Shown piece after piece: positions 8,367 to 16,738 of a stretch of 23,043 nt of DNA (position 1 is its first letter; each line of letters opens with the position of its first letter). The translations under genes and the position numbers were made by a program. The stretch spans positions 1-23,043 of the forward strand of contig JBBCKI010000055.1 of assembly GCA_037190965.1 (NCBI GenBank), written 5' to 3'. This DNA is from Chthoniobacteraceae bacterium (GTDB taxonomy: Bacteria > Verrucomicrobiota > Verrucomicrobiia > Chthoniobacterales > Chthoniobacteraceae). Below the pieces are notes generated by a model that was not told where the DNA came from, ran no database searches, and was given only the letters and a program-made list of their open reading frames with translations.

Positions 8367-9167
8367 GTGCGTTCCCTGTTTCTCCTCCTGATTGCCTTTG
8401 CGGCACTGTCGGCCCAATCTCTTGCCGCCGGGCAGCCTGACTTCGCTCCGTTCTTCAAGGAAAAGGAAGGGACATTTGTGCTTCTGGATCAGCAAACCGG
8501 GCGTTTCCTTTACCACAACCAACCCCGGGCGCGGGAACGCTTCCTCCCCGCCTCCACCTTCAAGATCCCTAACTCCCTGATCGCGCTCGAAACCGGCGTG
8601 GCGACCGGGGCCGATTTCACCCTCGCCTGGAACCGCGAAGCCGCTCCACCCGAACCTTGGTGGCCAAAAGCGTGGGAGCAACCGGAGCATACCTTGCGGA
8701 CGGCGATGGCCAATTCGGTCGTCTGGTATTACCAAGAGCTGGCGCGGCGCATCGGCCCCGAGCGGATGCAGGCCTGCGTCGACCGGTTCCGGTACGGCAA
8801 CCGGGACATCTCCGGCGGGATCGATCAGTTCTGGCTCACGGGAGGGCTCAGGATTTCCGCCGAAGAACAAATCGACTTCCTCCGGCGTTTTTACTTCGAA
8901 GAACTGGGAGCCCCCAAGGCTGCCACGCAGGCGGTTAAGGAAATCCTGCTGCTGGAGGAGACGCCCAAATACCGCTTGAGCGGCAAAACGGGCCTGGCGC
9001 GAACGGACCCGTCGGTCCAAGGGCTTGGCTGGTTCGTCGGTTATCTCGAACGCGATGGAAAAGTCTCCTTCTTCGCCATGAACCTCGACGTCCATTCCGA
9101 TGCCGACATCGCGGCGCGACGATCCATCACGAAAGCCATTCTTCAAAGCCTCGGGTTGATGGAATAG
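8367..9167 (+). CDS. Class D (OXA-like) beta-lactamase / penicillin-binding transpeptidase-fold protein
   Basis: Signal peptide; PASTFKIPN (SxxK), SVVWYYQ (SxV), YGN, omega-loop DQFWL, SGKTG, GWFVG; GTG 4 bp after the STAS stop. Confidence 0.92.
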   Translation: MRSLFLLLIAFAALSAQSLAAGQPDFAPFFKEKEGTFVLLDQQTGRFLYHNQPRARERFLPASTFKIPNSLIALETGVATGADFTLAWNREAAPPEPWWPKAWEQPEHTLRTAMANSVVWYYQELARRIGPERMQACVDRFRYGNRDISGGIDQFWLTGGLRISAEEQIDFLRRFYFEELGAPKAATQAVKEILLLEETPKYRLSGKTGLARTDPSVQGLGWFVGYLERDGKVSFFAMNLDVHSDADIAARRSITKAILQSLGLME

Positions 9168-9170
9168 AGG

Positions 9171-10262
9171 TTATCCCAGCTTCAGAGCCGATAGCGTATC
9201 GCGCACGTTGGCCTCGATGCTGAACCTGGACCCCAGCTCCCGCAGGCAGGGGCGGATCGCCGCCTGCCGCGCCGGATCGCTCCAGGCTTCCAGAGCGCGG
9301 GCGATGGCCCCGACATCGAACGGATCGGCCACGGCCTCACCCTCCACACCCGGGCGGATAATCTCCGAAAATCCGTTGGCAGTAGTGGTGATCACCGGCA
9401 GTCCGGCGGCCAGCGCTTCGAGGCTGGCATTGGAAAAGGGATCGTAAAGCGTCGGGAGCAGGAACAGATCCGCCGCCGCGTAGTAGGCCTCCATCACCCG
9501 CGGCGACGCCACGGGGCCCGCCAGATGCACCCGATCTGAAAGCGGGAAGCCGCGCGGATTTCCTCTCCCTGCCACCACCAGCCGGGTGCGCCGGGCAAAC
9601 CGGGCGCGGTTGACCGCCTCCACGGCCTGCCGCAACCCTTTGCGCTCCCAGCCGCTCCCGGCGAAGAGAATCATGCAATCCTCTTCTGCAAACCCGAGTT
9701 CGGCGCGGAGACTCGCGCGTGCCTGCGGATCTGCCGCGCCGGTTCCCGGCAGCCCGTTGTAGACCACCTCGATCCGCTCGGCGGGATAGCCGTAGCAGCA
9801 GACAATCTCTTCCTTTACCATGCGGGAATTCGCGATCACCCGTCCCGCGCCTTCCGGGGAGAAAAGTTTCTCCTCCAGCGCCAGCAGTTCGCGGTGCTTT
9901 CCGTTGAAGGCGCGGCCCCAGCGTTTCCAGAACGGTTCCCCCGCCTTGCGGCGTTCCAGCCAGGCGCGGTGAACCCCGTCGCCCGCCCGGTAGGCGTCGC
10001 AGCGCCAGACTCGCTCCAGGGAAAAAAGAAAATCGCAGGCCCCGGCGGCCCGTTCGCGTTCCACCGCATCAGCAAAGACGCGGGGCGAACCGCCCGGCAA
10101 CACGGCTCCCCGCGAGCCGGGCCAGTCGCCATCGGGCCATGCGGCAGTGCCGAAAAGAACCGGTTCATGCCTCGCCGGGGCAAGCGCGCATGCAAACCGT
10201 TTAAGGTAAGCCTCGGCCCCTCCCGTCGGCGAGAAGCCACGCCGTGCCAGCCCGATTCTCAT
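9171..10262 (-). CDS. Glycosyltransferase family 4 (WaaG/RfaG-like LPS core GT)
   Basis: MRIGLARRGFSPTGGAEAYL start with GAGGAGG SD; YRAGDGVH, GSGWERKGL, PTLYDPFSNASLEALAAGLPVI. The track's extension to 10343 runs into the repeat. Confidence 0.9.
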   Translation of the reverse strand: MRIGLARRGFSPTGGAEAYLKRFACALAPARHEPVLFGTAAWPDGDWPGSRGAVLPGGSPRVFADAVERERAAGACDFLFSLERVWRCDAYRAGDGVHRAWLERRKAGEPFWKRWGRAFNGKHRELLALEEKLFSPEGAGRVIANSRMVKEEIVCCYGYPAERIEVVYNGLPGTGAADPQARASLRAELGFAEEDCMILFAGSGWERKGLRQAVEAVNRARFARRTRLVVAGRGNPRGFPLSDRVHLAGPVASPRVMEAYYAAADLFLLPTLYDPFSNASLEALAAGLPVITTTANGFSEIIRPGVEGEAVADPFDVGAIARALEAWSDPARQAAIRPCLRELGSRFSIEANVRDTLSALKLG

Positions 10263-10283
10263 CGGGATGCCCTCCTCGCGGAG

Positions 10284-10450
10284 CAAGGTAGACCGCTCTC
10301 GCCGAGAGCGCGGGATCGGTGAAGAGTCGCGTTTGACGTCCATCCCCCCCGGACGGGCTGCTTGTGTTGGGATGAGGCCCCCATGAAGCCACGGGAGCCG
10401 AGCCCCGCGCTCGGCGGCGCGAGCGGGCTACCGGTGCTGCCGCACCATTT
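10284..10450 (+). repeat. REPIN-like element, family A copy 2
   Basis: CAAGGTAG start; left hairpin CGCTCTC-gcc-GAGAGCG; shared interior motifs GAGTCGCG, GGACGGGC, TTGGGATG, ACGGGAG; invariant 24-bp end at 10427-10450. Confidence 0.9.
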
Positions 10451-10578
10451 GCTTCTATCGGTAACTTTCCCACCATGCACCCGACTGCATCTCCAGCCTG
10501 CGACAGAACCCAGGAGCGTTTGCGGAGCTACGGCTGAAAAAGTTGAAAACATGGGCAACGAAGAATAAAGGTTCACTC

Positions 10579-11781
10579 TTGTCCCAGGAACCAGAAAATC
10601 GACCTTTGCCGCCCTTGCCCCGGCACGCGCTTTACGCCACCTCCGCGCGAGTGGGCGGCAGCGGGCTTGATAGCGTCGTCTACGAGTCGTTGCGCGGGCT
10701 GCATCACGCGGGCATTCTGGCCCGGGCGCTCGCCTATGGCAACCGGCAGAGCGAGATTCCCTCTCGGTTGATCCGCAGCCTCGCCTGGCACCCGGTGCGG
10801 CTCCTCTCTTTTCTGGAAAGCCAGCAATACTACGGGGCCAAACGGAAGTACGCCGATTGGGCGGCTTGCCGGGAACTCTCCCGGGGCGGCTACGATTTTT
10901 TCCACGGCTGGTCGGGCGACTGCCTTCTTTCCCTGCGCGAAGCGCGTCGACAGAGGGTGCCGTGCGTGGTGGAAATTCCCACCTGGCACCGCAACAAAGG
11001 CAAAGTGAAGCCGTGGATGACTGCGAGAGAGAAGCGAGCCCTCAATGAGCCGCTGACCAGGCAGTGGCGGCACCAGCTCCTCGTCAGCCGTCAGCGGGTG
11101 CTCGAAGAGTACGATCTCGCCGATCTCATCCTCGTTCTTTCGGACAAAGCGGTCGAAACCTTCCGCGCGGTGGGCATCCCCGATTCCCGGCTCTTCAAGA
11201 TCGCCCGGGGCGTGGATGTGACACGGTTCACCCCCGGGACACCACCGCCGCTCTTTCGCGCGGTGTTTGTCGGCGCGCTCATCCAGCGCAAAGGGGTTCA
11301 TCTTCTTCTGGAAGCGTGGCACAAGCTCAACCTCAAGAACGCCGAGCTGGTGCTCGCGGGCGCGGTGCATGACGAAATCCGTCCCGCTCTCGAAAAGTAC
11401 GCCGGGCCGAGCGTCCGGCTGGCCGGGTTTGTCCCCCGGCCCGAAGCGATTTATCGGGACGCCTCGGTGCATATCCTCCCCTCCACCTGCGAGGGGAGCG
11501 CCAAAACCACCTACGAAGCCTCCGCCTGCGGGTTGGCGCAGATCGCCACCCGGGAGTCGGGCGACGTAGTGGTGGACGGCGAGACGGGCATCGTCATCCC
11601 CGCCGATAACGTCGACGCGCTGGCTGCCGCCATCGAGCGGCTTTATCACAACCCTGGCCTCGCCGCCGAAATGGGAGCCGCGGGCCGCTGCAGGATGGTC
11701 GAGCATTTTACCTGGGATCACTTCCGCGCCCGGCTGCTGGAAGCCTACCGAACCGCCGTTGCCCGCGCCGCCGCCCGATGA
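10579..11781 (+). CDS. Glycosyltransferase family 4
   Basis: GVDVTRF, FVGALIQRKGV, LPSTCEGSAKTTYEASACGL. Start uncertain: TTG 10579 preferred because TTGAAA at 10543 looks like a -35 with TAAAGG 17 bp later. Confidence 0.88.
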   Translation: MSQEPENRPLPPLPRHALYATSARVGGSGLDSVVYESLRGLHHAGILARALAYGNRQSEIPSRLIRSLAWHPVRLLSFLESQQYYGAKRKYADWAACRELSRGGYDFFHGWSGDCLLSLREARRQRVPCVVEIPTWHRNKGKVKPWMTAREKRALNEPLTRQWRHQLLVSRQRVLEEYDLADLILVLSDKAVETFRAVGIPDSRLFKIARGVDVTRFTPGTPPPLFRAVFVGALIQRKGVHLLLEAWHKLNLKNAELVLAGAVHDEIRPALEKYAGPSVRLAGFVPRPEAIYRDASVHILPSTCEGSAKTTYEASACGLAQIATRESGDVVVDGETGIVIPADNVDALAAAIERLYHNPGLAAEMGAAGRCRMVEHFTWDHFRARLLEAYRTAVARAAAR

Positions 11782-12767
11782 AAATCCTCGTTCTTCAACT
11801 CAAGCGCATCGGCGACCTGATTCTCACCACCCCCCCGCTCGTGGCCCTGCGTGAGCGGTTCCCCAATGCGCACATTTCGCTGTGTGTCATGGATGGGTGC
11901 GCGGGGCTGCTCCCGGCGATACCGGGGGTGGACGAAGTTTTCGTCGTGCGCCGCAAGGGGAGCAACGCCGGGCTCTGGCTGAAGCTCGCGTTGCGGCAGT
12001 TCGATGTCTGCCTCGATTTTACCGGCAACGACCGTTCGGCTTTCCTCTCCGTTCTCTCCAAGGCGAGCCGCCGCATCGCGTTCGGCTGGGTGCAGAAATC
12101 GTCGCATCGCGCGAATTTTTACAACGAACTGGTCGATTCCAGTGTGCGAGAGAATCATACCGTCGATCATTATCTCGACCTCCTGCGTCCCCTGGAAATC
12201 GAGGCGCGGGGAACCCCGGTGACCCTCTGCCTGCCGCCCGCGAGCCGCGAGCGGGCCGCGGAGCTGCTGAGCCAAGCGGGGGTTGAGGGGAAATACGCCG
12301 TGGTTCACCCCGGCACCGCCCGTATCGAAAAATACTGGGAGCCCCGGCGGTGGGCCGACGTAATTGACCATTGCCAGCAGAAGCTCGGGTTGCCATGCGT
12401 CGTCACCGGTTCGTCTGAAACATTTGAAAAGGCGCACATCGCCGAGATCAAGGGCGCGCTTCATTCCCCGGCTCGCGATCTCTCCGGAAGGGGGGATCTG
12501 CTCGTCCTCGCCGCGCTCATCGAGCGGGCTACGCTGCTTTTGAGCATGGATTCCGCGCCCGTTCACTTCGGCGCGGCCTTCCGCACGCCACAAGTCTCTC
12601 TCTTCGGGCAGACCAATCCGTTTCACTGGCATGCGCGGCACGAAAAGGCGGCCACGCTGCTTTCCGGAGACCCCGAGGGTGGAGCGTTCTCGCCCTGGTT
12701 TACCCGTAAGCCGTTGAGCGATCTATCGACGCGGAGGGTAATCGATGCTATAGGCTCGTTGCTCTGA
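11778..12767 (+). CDS. Glycosyltransferase family 9 (LPS heptosyltransferase, WaaF/WaaQ-like)
   Basis: MKILVLQLKRIGDLILTTP, VHPG..KYW, MDSAPVHFGAA..LFGQT; ATGA overlap with the upstream GT4. Confidence 0.92.
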   Translation: MKILVLQLKRIGDLILTTPPLVALRERFPNAHISLCVMDGCAGLLPAIPGVDEVFVVRRKGSNAGLWLKLALRQFDVCLDFTGNDRSAFLSVLSKASRRIAFGWVQKSSHRANFYNELVDSSVRENHTVDHYLDLLRPLEIEARGTPVTLCLPPASRERAAELLSQAGVEGKYAVVHPGTARIEKYWEPRRWADVIDHCQQKLGLPCVVTGSSETFEKAHIAEIKGALHSPARDLSGRGDLLVLAALIERATLLLSMDSAPVHFGAAFRTPQVSLFGQTNPFHWHARHEKAATLLSGDPEGGAFSPWFTRKPLSDLSTRRVIDAIGSLL

Positions 12768-12770
12768 TCC

Positions 12771-14663
12771 ATGTCCTCCAAATCCAGCAAGCCTGAAAAA
12801 CAGAAACTCCCGTTCTTTGCGCTGATCCGCGCCATGTGGGGGCCGTATAAGGATCTGCTCCCGTACCTCCGCCCCTACCGGTGGCGTTTCATTGCGGGCC
12901 TCCTCTGCGGGGCGACGGCCGGGCTGCTCAATGGGGCGTTCGTTTTCGTCATTAAGCATGTTTCCGGCATCGTTTTTCCGGGCGGTGGCGGCGGTTTGGA
13001 GCGGCCCTCCTTCTCCTCCATGTTCCATCACGCAGAGGCGGCGGCTCCTGTCTCGGGCGTGCCGATCAGCGCCGTTATCTGGACGTGCGCTCTCATTCCG
13101 GCAGTCATGATCCTTAGGGGGACTTTTAATTTCCTCAACGCCTACCTTGTATCATGGGTCAGCCTGCGGTTGCTCCACGATCTCCGCAATGACCTCTTCA
13201 GAAAGATCATCGACCAGTCGATCAACTTCTTCAACAAGGCGCAATCGGGGCAGTTGATCGCGCGCGTCGTCAACGATTCGCGCATGGCGCAGGCTGCCTT
13301 GACCCAGGTGAGCAGCGATCTGGTCACGCAGCCATGCACGATCATCGGCTCCATTGGCGCGCTCTTTTGGCTGGATTGGAAGTTTACCCTCATCAGCCTT
13401 GTCTTGTTCCCGGTCTGCCTGATTCCCATCACCGTTTTTGGAAAACGGGTGCGGCGCGGCGGAGCGGATGAAGAGGCAGGCACGGGCGTCCTCATGACCG
13501 TGCTTCAGGAAGCCTTCACGGGCATTCGCGTGGTCAAGGCGCTTGCGCGGGAGAAGGATGAAGTGCGCGATTTCGTCAACGCGGGCCAAGCGCAGTTTAA
13601 GATCTCCATCCGGGTTCGCAAAGCCATTGAAATCGTCGGGCCAAGCATCGAGGCGATTTCCGCCATTGGCGTTGGCGTGACGCTTGTTTATGTCTCGGTG
13701 ACAGGGATCACGGCCGCCAAATTTCTCAGCCTGATGGGCGGGCTTTTCTTTCTGTATGAACCGGTTAAAAAGCTCAGCCGCGTGCATCTGATGATCCAGA
13801 AGGCGCTCGGCTCCACCCAGCGCATCTTCAAGCTGATGAACCAGCAGCCTTCGGTGATGGACAAACCCGACGCCCGGGTGCTGGAACGGGTCACGGGGGA
13901 GATCGAGTTCGAAAACGTCGGCTTCGCCTACATCGAGGGGCGGCCCGCTCTTCAGGAGATCAATCTCCGCATTGCCCCCGGCAAGACTTACGCGCTCGTC
14001 GGGACAAGCGGCTCGGGCAAGAGCACGATGCTCTCGATGCTGCTGCGCTTCTACGACCCGCAGGAAGGCTCCATCCGGATCGACGGGTGCGACATCCGCT
14101 CCATCACCCAGCAGTCGCTCCGGCAGAACATTGCCATCGTCAGCCAGGACACTTTCCTCTTCCACACCACCATCATGGAGAATATCCGGTATGGGCGGCT
14201 CGACGCCACGGATGAGGAGGTGCGGGCCGCCGCCGAGCAGGCGTTTGCCCATGACTTCATCTGCGCCCAACCGCAGGGCTACGAAACGGTGGTCGGCGAC
14301 AAAGGGTGCAATCTCTCCGGCGGGCAGCAACAACGCCTGGCCATTGCCCGCGCGCTCCTCCGCAACGCTCCGATCCTGCTGCTCGACGAAGCCACCAGCG
14401 CGCTCGATTCTGAGTCCGAGCAGAAAATCCAGATCGCCCTGGAGCGGCTTTCCGCGGGGAGGACCGTTATCGCCATCGCGCACCGGCTTTCCACCGTGCT
14501 GGAGGCCGACCAGATTGTGGCGATGCAGAATGGGCGAATCATGGAGATGGGAACCCACGCGGAGCTTTTCGAGAAAAACGGCCACTATCGCCGCCTTTAC
14601 GATCTTCAATTCAACCGGCAGGAAGCCGCAGAACCCGCAGATCAAACCGCCGTTGTACTATGA
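12771..14663 (+). CDS. msbA: Lipid A export ABC transporter, fused permease/ATPase (MsbA-like)
   Basis: N-terminal TM domain; Walker A GTSGSGKST, signature LSGGQQQR, Walker B ILLLDEATSALD, H-loop IAHRLST; LPS-gene context. Confidence 0.85.
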   Translation: MSSKSSKPEKQKLPFFALIRAMWGPYKDLLPYLRPYRWRFIAGLLCGATAGLLNGAFVFVIKHVSGIVFPGGGGGLERPSFSSMFHHAEAAAPVSGVPISAVIWTCALIPAVMILRGTFNFLNAYLVSWVSLRLLHDLRNDLFRKIIDQSINFFNKAQSGQLIARVVNDSRMAQAALTQVSSDLVTQPCTIIGSIGALFWLDWKFTLISLVLFPVCLIPITVFGKRVRRGGADEEAGTGVLMTVLQEAFTGIRVVKALAREKDEVRDFVNAGQAQFKISIRVRKAIEIVGPSIEAISAIGVGVTLVYVSVTGITAAKFLSLMGGLFFLYEPVKKLSRVHLMIQKALGSTQRIFKLMNQQPSVMDKPDARVLERVTGEIEFENVGFAYIEGRPALQEINLRIAPGKTYALVGTSGSGKSTMLSMLLRFYDPQEGSIRIDGCDIRSITQQSLRQNIAIVSQDTFLFHTTIMENIRYGRLDATDEEVRAAAEQAFAHDFICAQPQGYETVVGDKGCNLSGGQQQRLAIARALLRNAPILLLDEATSALDSESEQKIQIALERLSAGRTVIAIAHRLSTVLEADQIVAMQNGRIMEMGTHAELFEKNGHYRRLYDLQFNRQEAAEPADQTAVVL

Positions 14664-15142
14664 AATCACGATTCCTCGCCCTTGCGCTCACGCTGACCCT
14701 CCTCCCGGCGGGCAGGAGCCTGCTCGCTCAGGACGCCACCATCAAAGTGTCCAGTGTGATGCATGCGGATGGCTCACGCACGGAGACGCAGACCAACCTG
14801 GAAGAGGGAACCGCCGAGGAGAAAACCCTCAATGCCGCCGGCAAGCTGATGCGCCGCACGGTCTACAAACTCGACGAATTCGGGCGGCCTGCGGAGGGGA
14901 CTGCCTACTCGGACAAGAATGTGCCGCTTCACCGTTTCGCCTACACGCGCGATACGCTGGGAAGAATCAGCGAAGAGAAAAATTTCTCCCTCGATGGGCA
15001 ATTGCGTTACCGGTTGGTCTATCGGTTTGGTAGCAACGGCCGGGTCGTCGGGATCGATACCTATGACGCACAGGGAAATCTTGTCCGTGGCGGCAGCGGC
15101 GGAGGCTCCAAGAAACAGCCGCAGCGTCGCGGCGGACGATAA
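14660..15142 (+). CDS. Secreted hypothetical protein with YD/RHS-like 26-aa repeats
   Basis: Signal peptide; ATGA overlap with msbA; three Y..D..GR units. Confidence 0.8.
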   Translation: MKSRFLALALTLTLLPAGRSLLAQDATIKVSSVMHADGSRTETQTNLEEGTAEEKTLNAAGKLMRRTVYKLDEFGRPAEGTAYSDKNVPLHRFAYTRDTLGRISEEKNFSLDGQLRYRLVYRFGSNGRVVGIDTYDAQGNLVRGGSGGGSKKQPQRRGGR

Positions 15143-15163
15143 AACTTCCTCTCCCCCCAGGCT

Positions 15164-16525
15164 ATGAGCAAACGAACCTTCCTTACCCTTGTCCTCGCGC
15201 TAGCCACGGCAGGCTCCGGCAGTTGGGCGTGGCTGGAGCATAGCCGCTCCGAACGCAGGGAGACGCACGCGCTCTTCGAGGGGAAACGGCTGGCCCTTGT
15301 CGAAGCGGAGAACGACCGCCTGCGGGGGCTGGTTGGCCGGTACGAGAAGACCGCGAGGGATGCCGACGAGAAGGCGAGGCGGGCTGACATCGAAAAGCTC
15401 ACCGCCGAAATTCGCGGGCTCCCCTTCAAGAAACCGGTCGATTACGACATCGTGACCCGCGAAGGCATCAAGGAGGTCCTGCACCAAAAGTTCTCCGATC
15501 AATATTCCGACGCCGACTTCGAGGCGATGCGGCTCGGGTATGTCGCCATGGGATTCATTCCCGCCGACTTCCCGCTGAAGCAAAAGTACGTCGACCTGCT
15601 GAGCGAGCAAATCGCCGCGTTTTACGATCAGCACCTCCACAAACTCTTCATGTTTGAGGATGCGACGCTTTCCAATGCGCAAAACCGGATCATCCTCTCC
15701 CACGAATTGACTCACGCGCTGCAGGATCAGCATTTCAATCTTGCGAAACTACCGCTGGAGTTGAAGACCAACGATGACCGTGCCCTGGCCGCCAGCGCTC
15801 TGGTGGAGGGCGACGCCACCCTTCAGATGCAGCTCTTCATGCTTCGCGATCTCTCCGCAAAGGCGATCGGCCAAAGCATCGGAGGGATGTTCACCCAGAA
15901 CATGGAGCAGCTTGCCGCCGCGCCACGGATCCTGCGGGAGAGCCTTCTTTTCCCTTACCTCAAAGGGTTGGAATTCTGCATGGCCCTTCAGAGCGGGGCT
16001 GATCAATTCGGGGCGATCTCGGCCGCTTACGACAGGTTGCCCGCGTCGACGACGCAGATCCTGCACCCGGAAAAGTATTTCGCCAATGAGGAGCCAATCA
16101 CCGTGGAGTGGCCCGATTTGGCGGTGCTTGGCGAGCCGCCGCTCTTCGACAATGTGATGGGTGAGTTCGCCACCGGCGTCCTGCTGGCGGAGTGGGTCGG
16201 CGAAGCGGCAACCGAAGCCGCCGAAGGATGGAGGGGCGACCGGTATCTTGTGTACCAGAAAGGCAACGCGCTCGTCTGGCGGTCGATCTGGAGCGATGCC
16301 GCGAAGGCCGACCGATTCGCATCCGCCCTCCGGCAGATGCTGGCCAAACGCTATAACGCGACGCCGGGTTCCAATGCGGTTGATTTTACGGCGAAAGACC
16401 GGACCATCAAATTGATCCGGATGATCCGGTCCGGCGGAGAGAAGAACGCAACGGCGGAGGTGATCCTCGTCGACGCCCGCGAGGCGAAGTGGGCGGACGC
16501 GCTGGCGGAGAAATTCAGCCGGTGA
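15164..16525 (+). CDS. Putative membrane-anchored zinc metallopeptidase-like protein (HEXXH...E)
   Basis: N-terminal hydrophobic anchor plus coiled coil; AAFYD, SHELTHALQDQHF, ALVEGDAT, LFPYLKG, STTQILHPEKY, AAEGWRGDRY. Confidence 0.8.
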   Translation: MSKRTFLTLVLALATAGSGSWAWLEHSRSERRETHALFEGKRLALVEAENDRLRGLVGRYEKTARDADEKARRADIEKLTAEIRGLPFKKPVDYDIVTREGIKEVLHQKFSDQYSDADFEAMRLGYVAMGFIPADFPLKQKYVDLLSEQIAAFYDQHLHKLFMFEDATLSNAQNRIILSHELTHALQDQHFNLAKLPLELKTNDDRALAASALVEGDATLQMQLFMLRDLSAKAIGQSIGGMFTQNMEQLAAAPRILRESLLFPYLKGLEFCMALQSGADQFGAISAAYDRLPASTTQILHPEKYFANEEPITVEWPDLAVLGEPPLFDNVMGEFATGVLLAEWVGEAATEAAEGWRGDRYLVYQKGNALVWRSIWSDAAKADRFASALRQMLAKRYNATPGSNAVDFTAKDRTIKLIRMIRSGGEKNATAEVILVDAREAKWADALAEKFSR

Positions 16526-16554
16526 GCCCCTTGGGCCCCGGGTTAAAACGTCTT

Positions 16555-16705
16555 CTCGTTCCCAATCTCCAGATTGGGAACGCCCTTGTCTTCGAATCTC
16601 TGATTCGCGAGCTTGCGAGTTCCCCTCAGACCTTGAGAGAGATGTGAGGTTGCGAAACTGGAGTTTCGAAGACACCGGCATTCCCAAACAGAGTTTGGGA
16701 ACGAG
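16555..16705. repeat. Four-hairpin REP doublet (CTCGTTCCCAA...TTGGGAACGAG), family B
   Basis: ~55-bp imperfect inverted arms, each with two short palindromes; sits between convergent genes (stops at 16525 and 16739). Confidence 0.85.
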
Positions 16706-16738
16706 GCAGCTATTACACTCGCGCTCCAATATCGGCGC

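Noticed and set aside
16555..16705. CRISPR mini-array
   Set aside because: The units are inverted and non-identical, with no regular direct repeat-spacer pattern and no cas genes.
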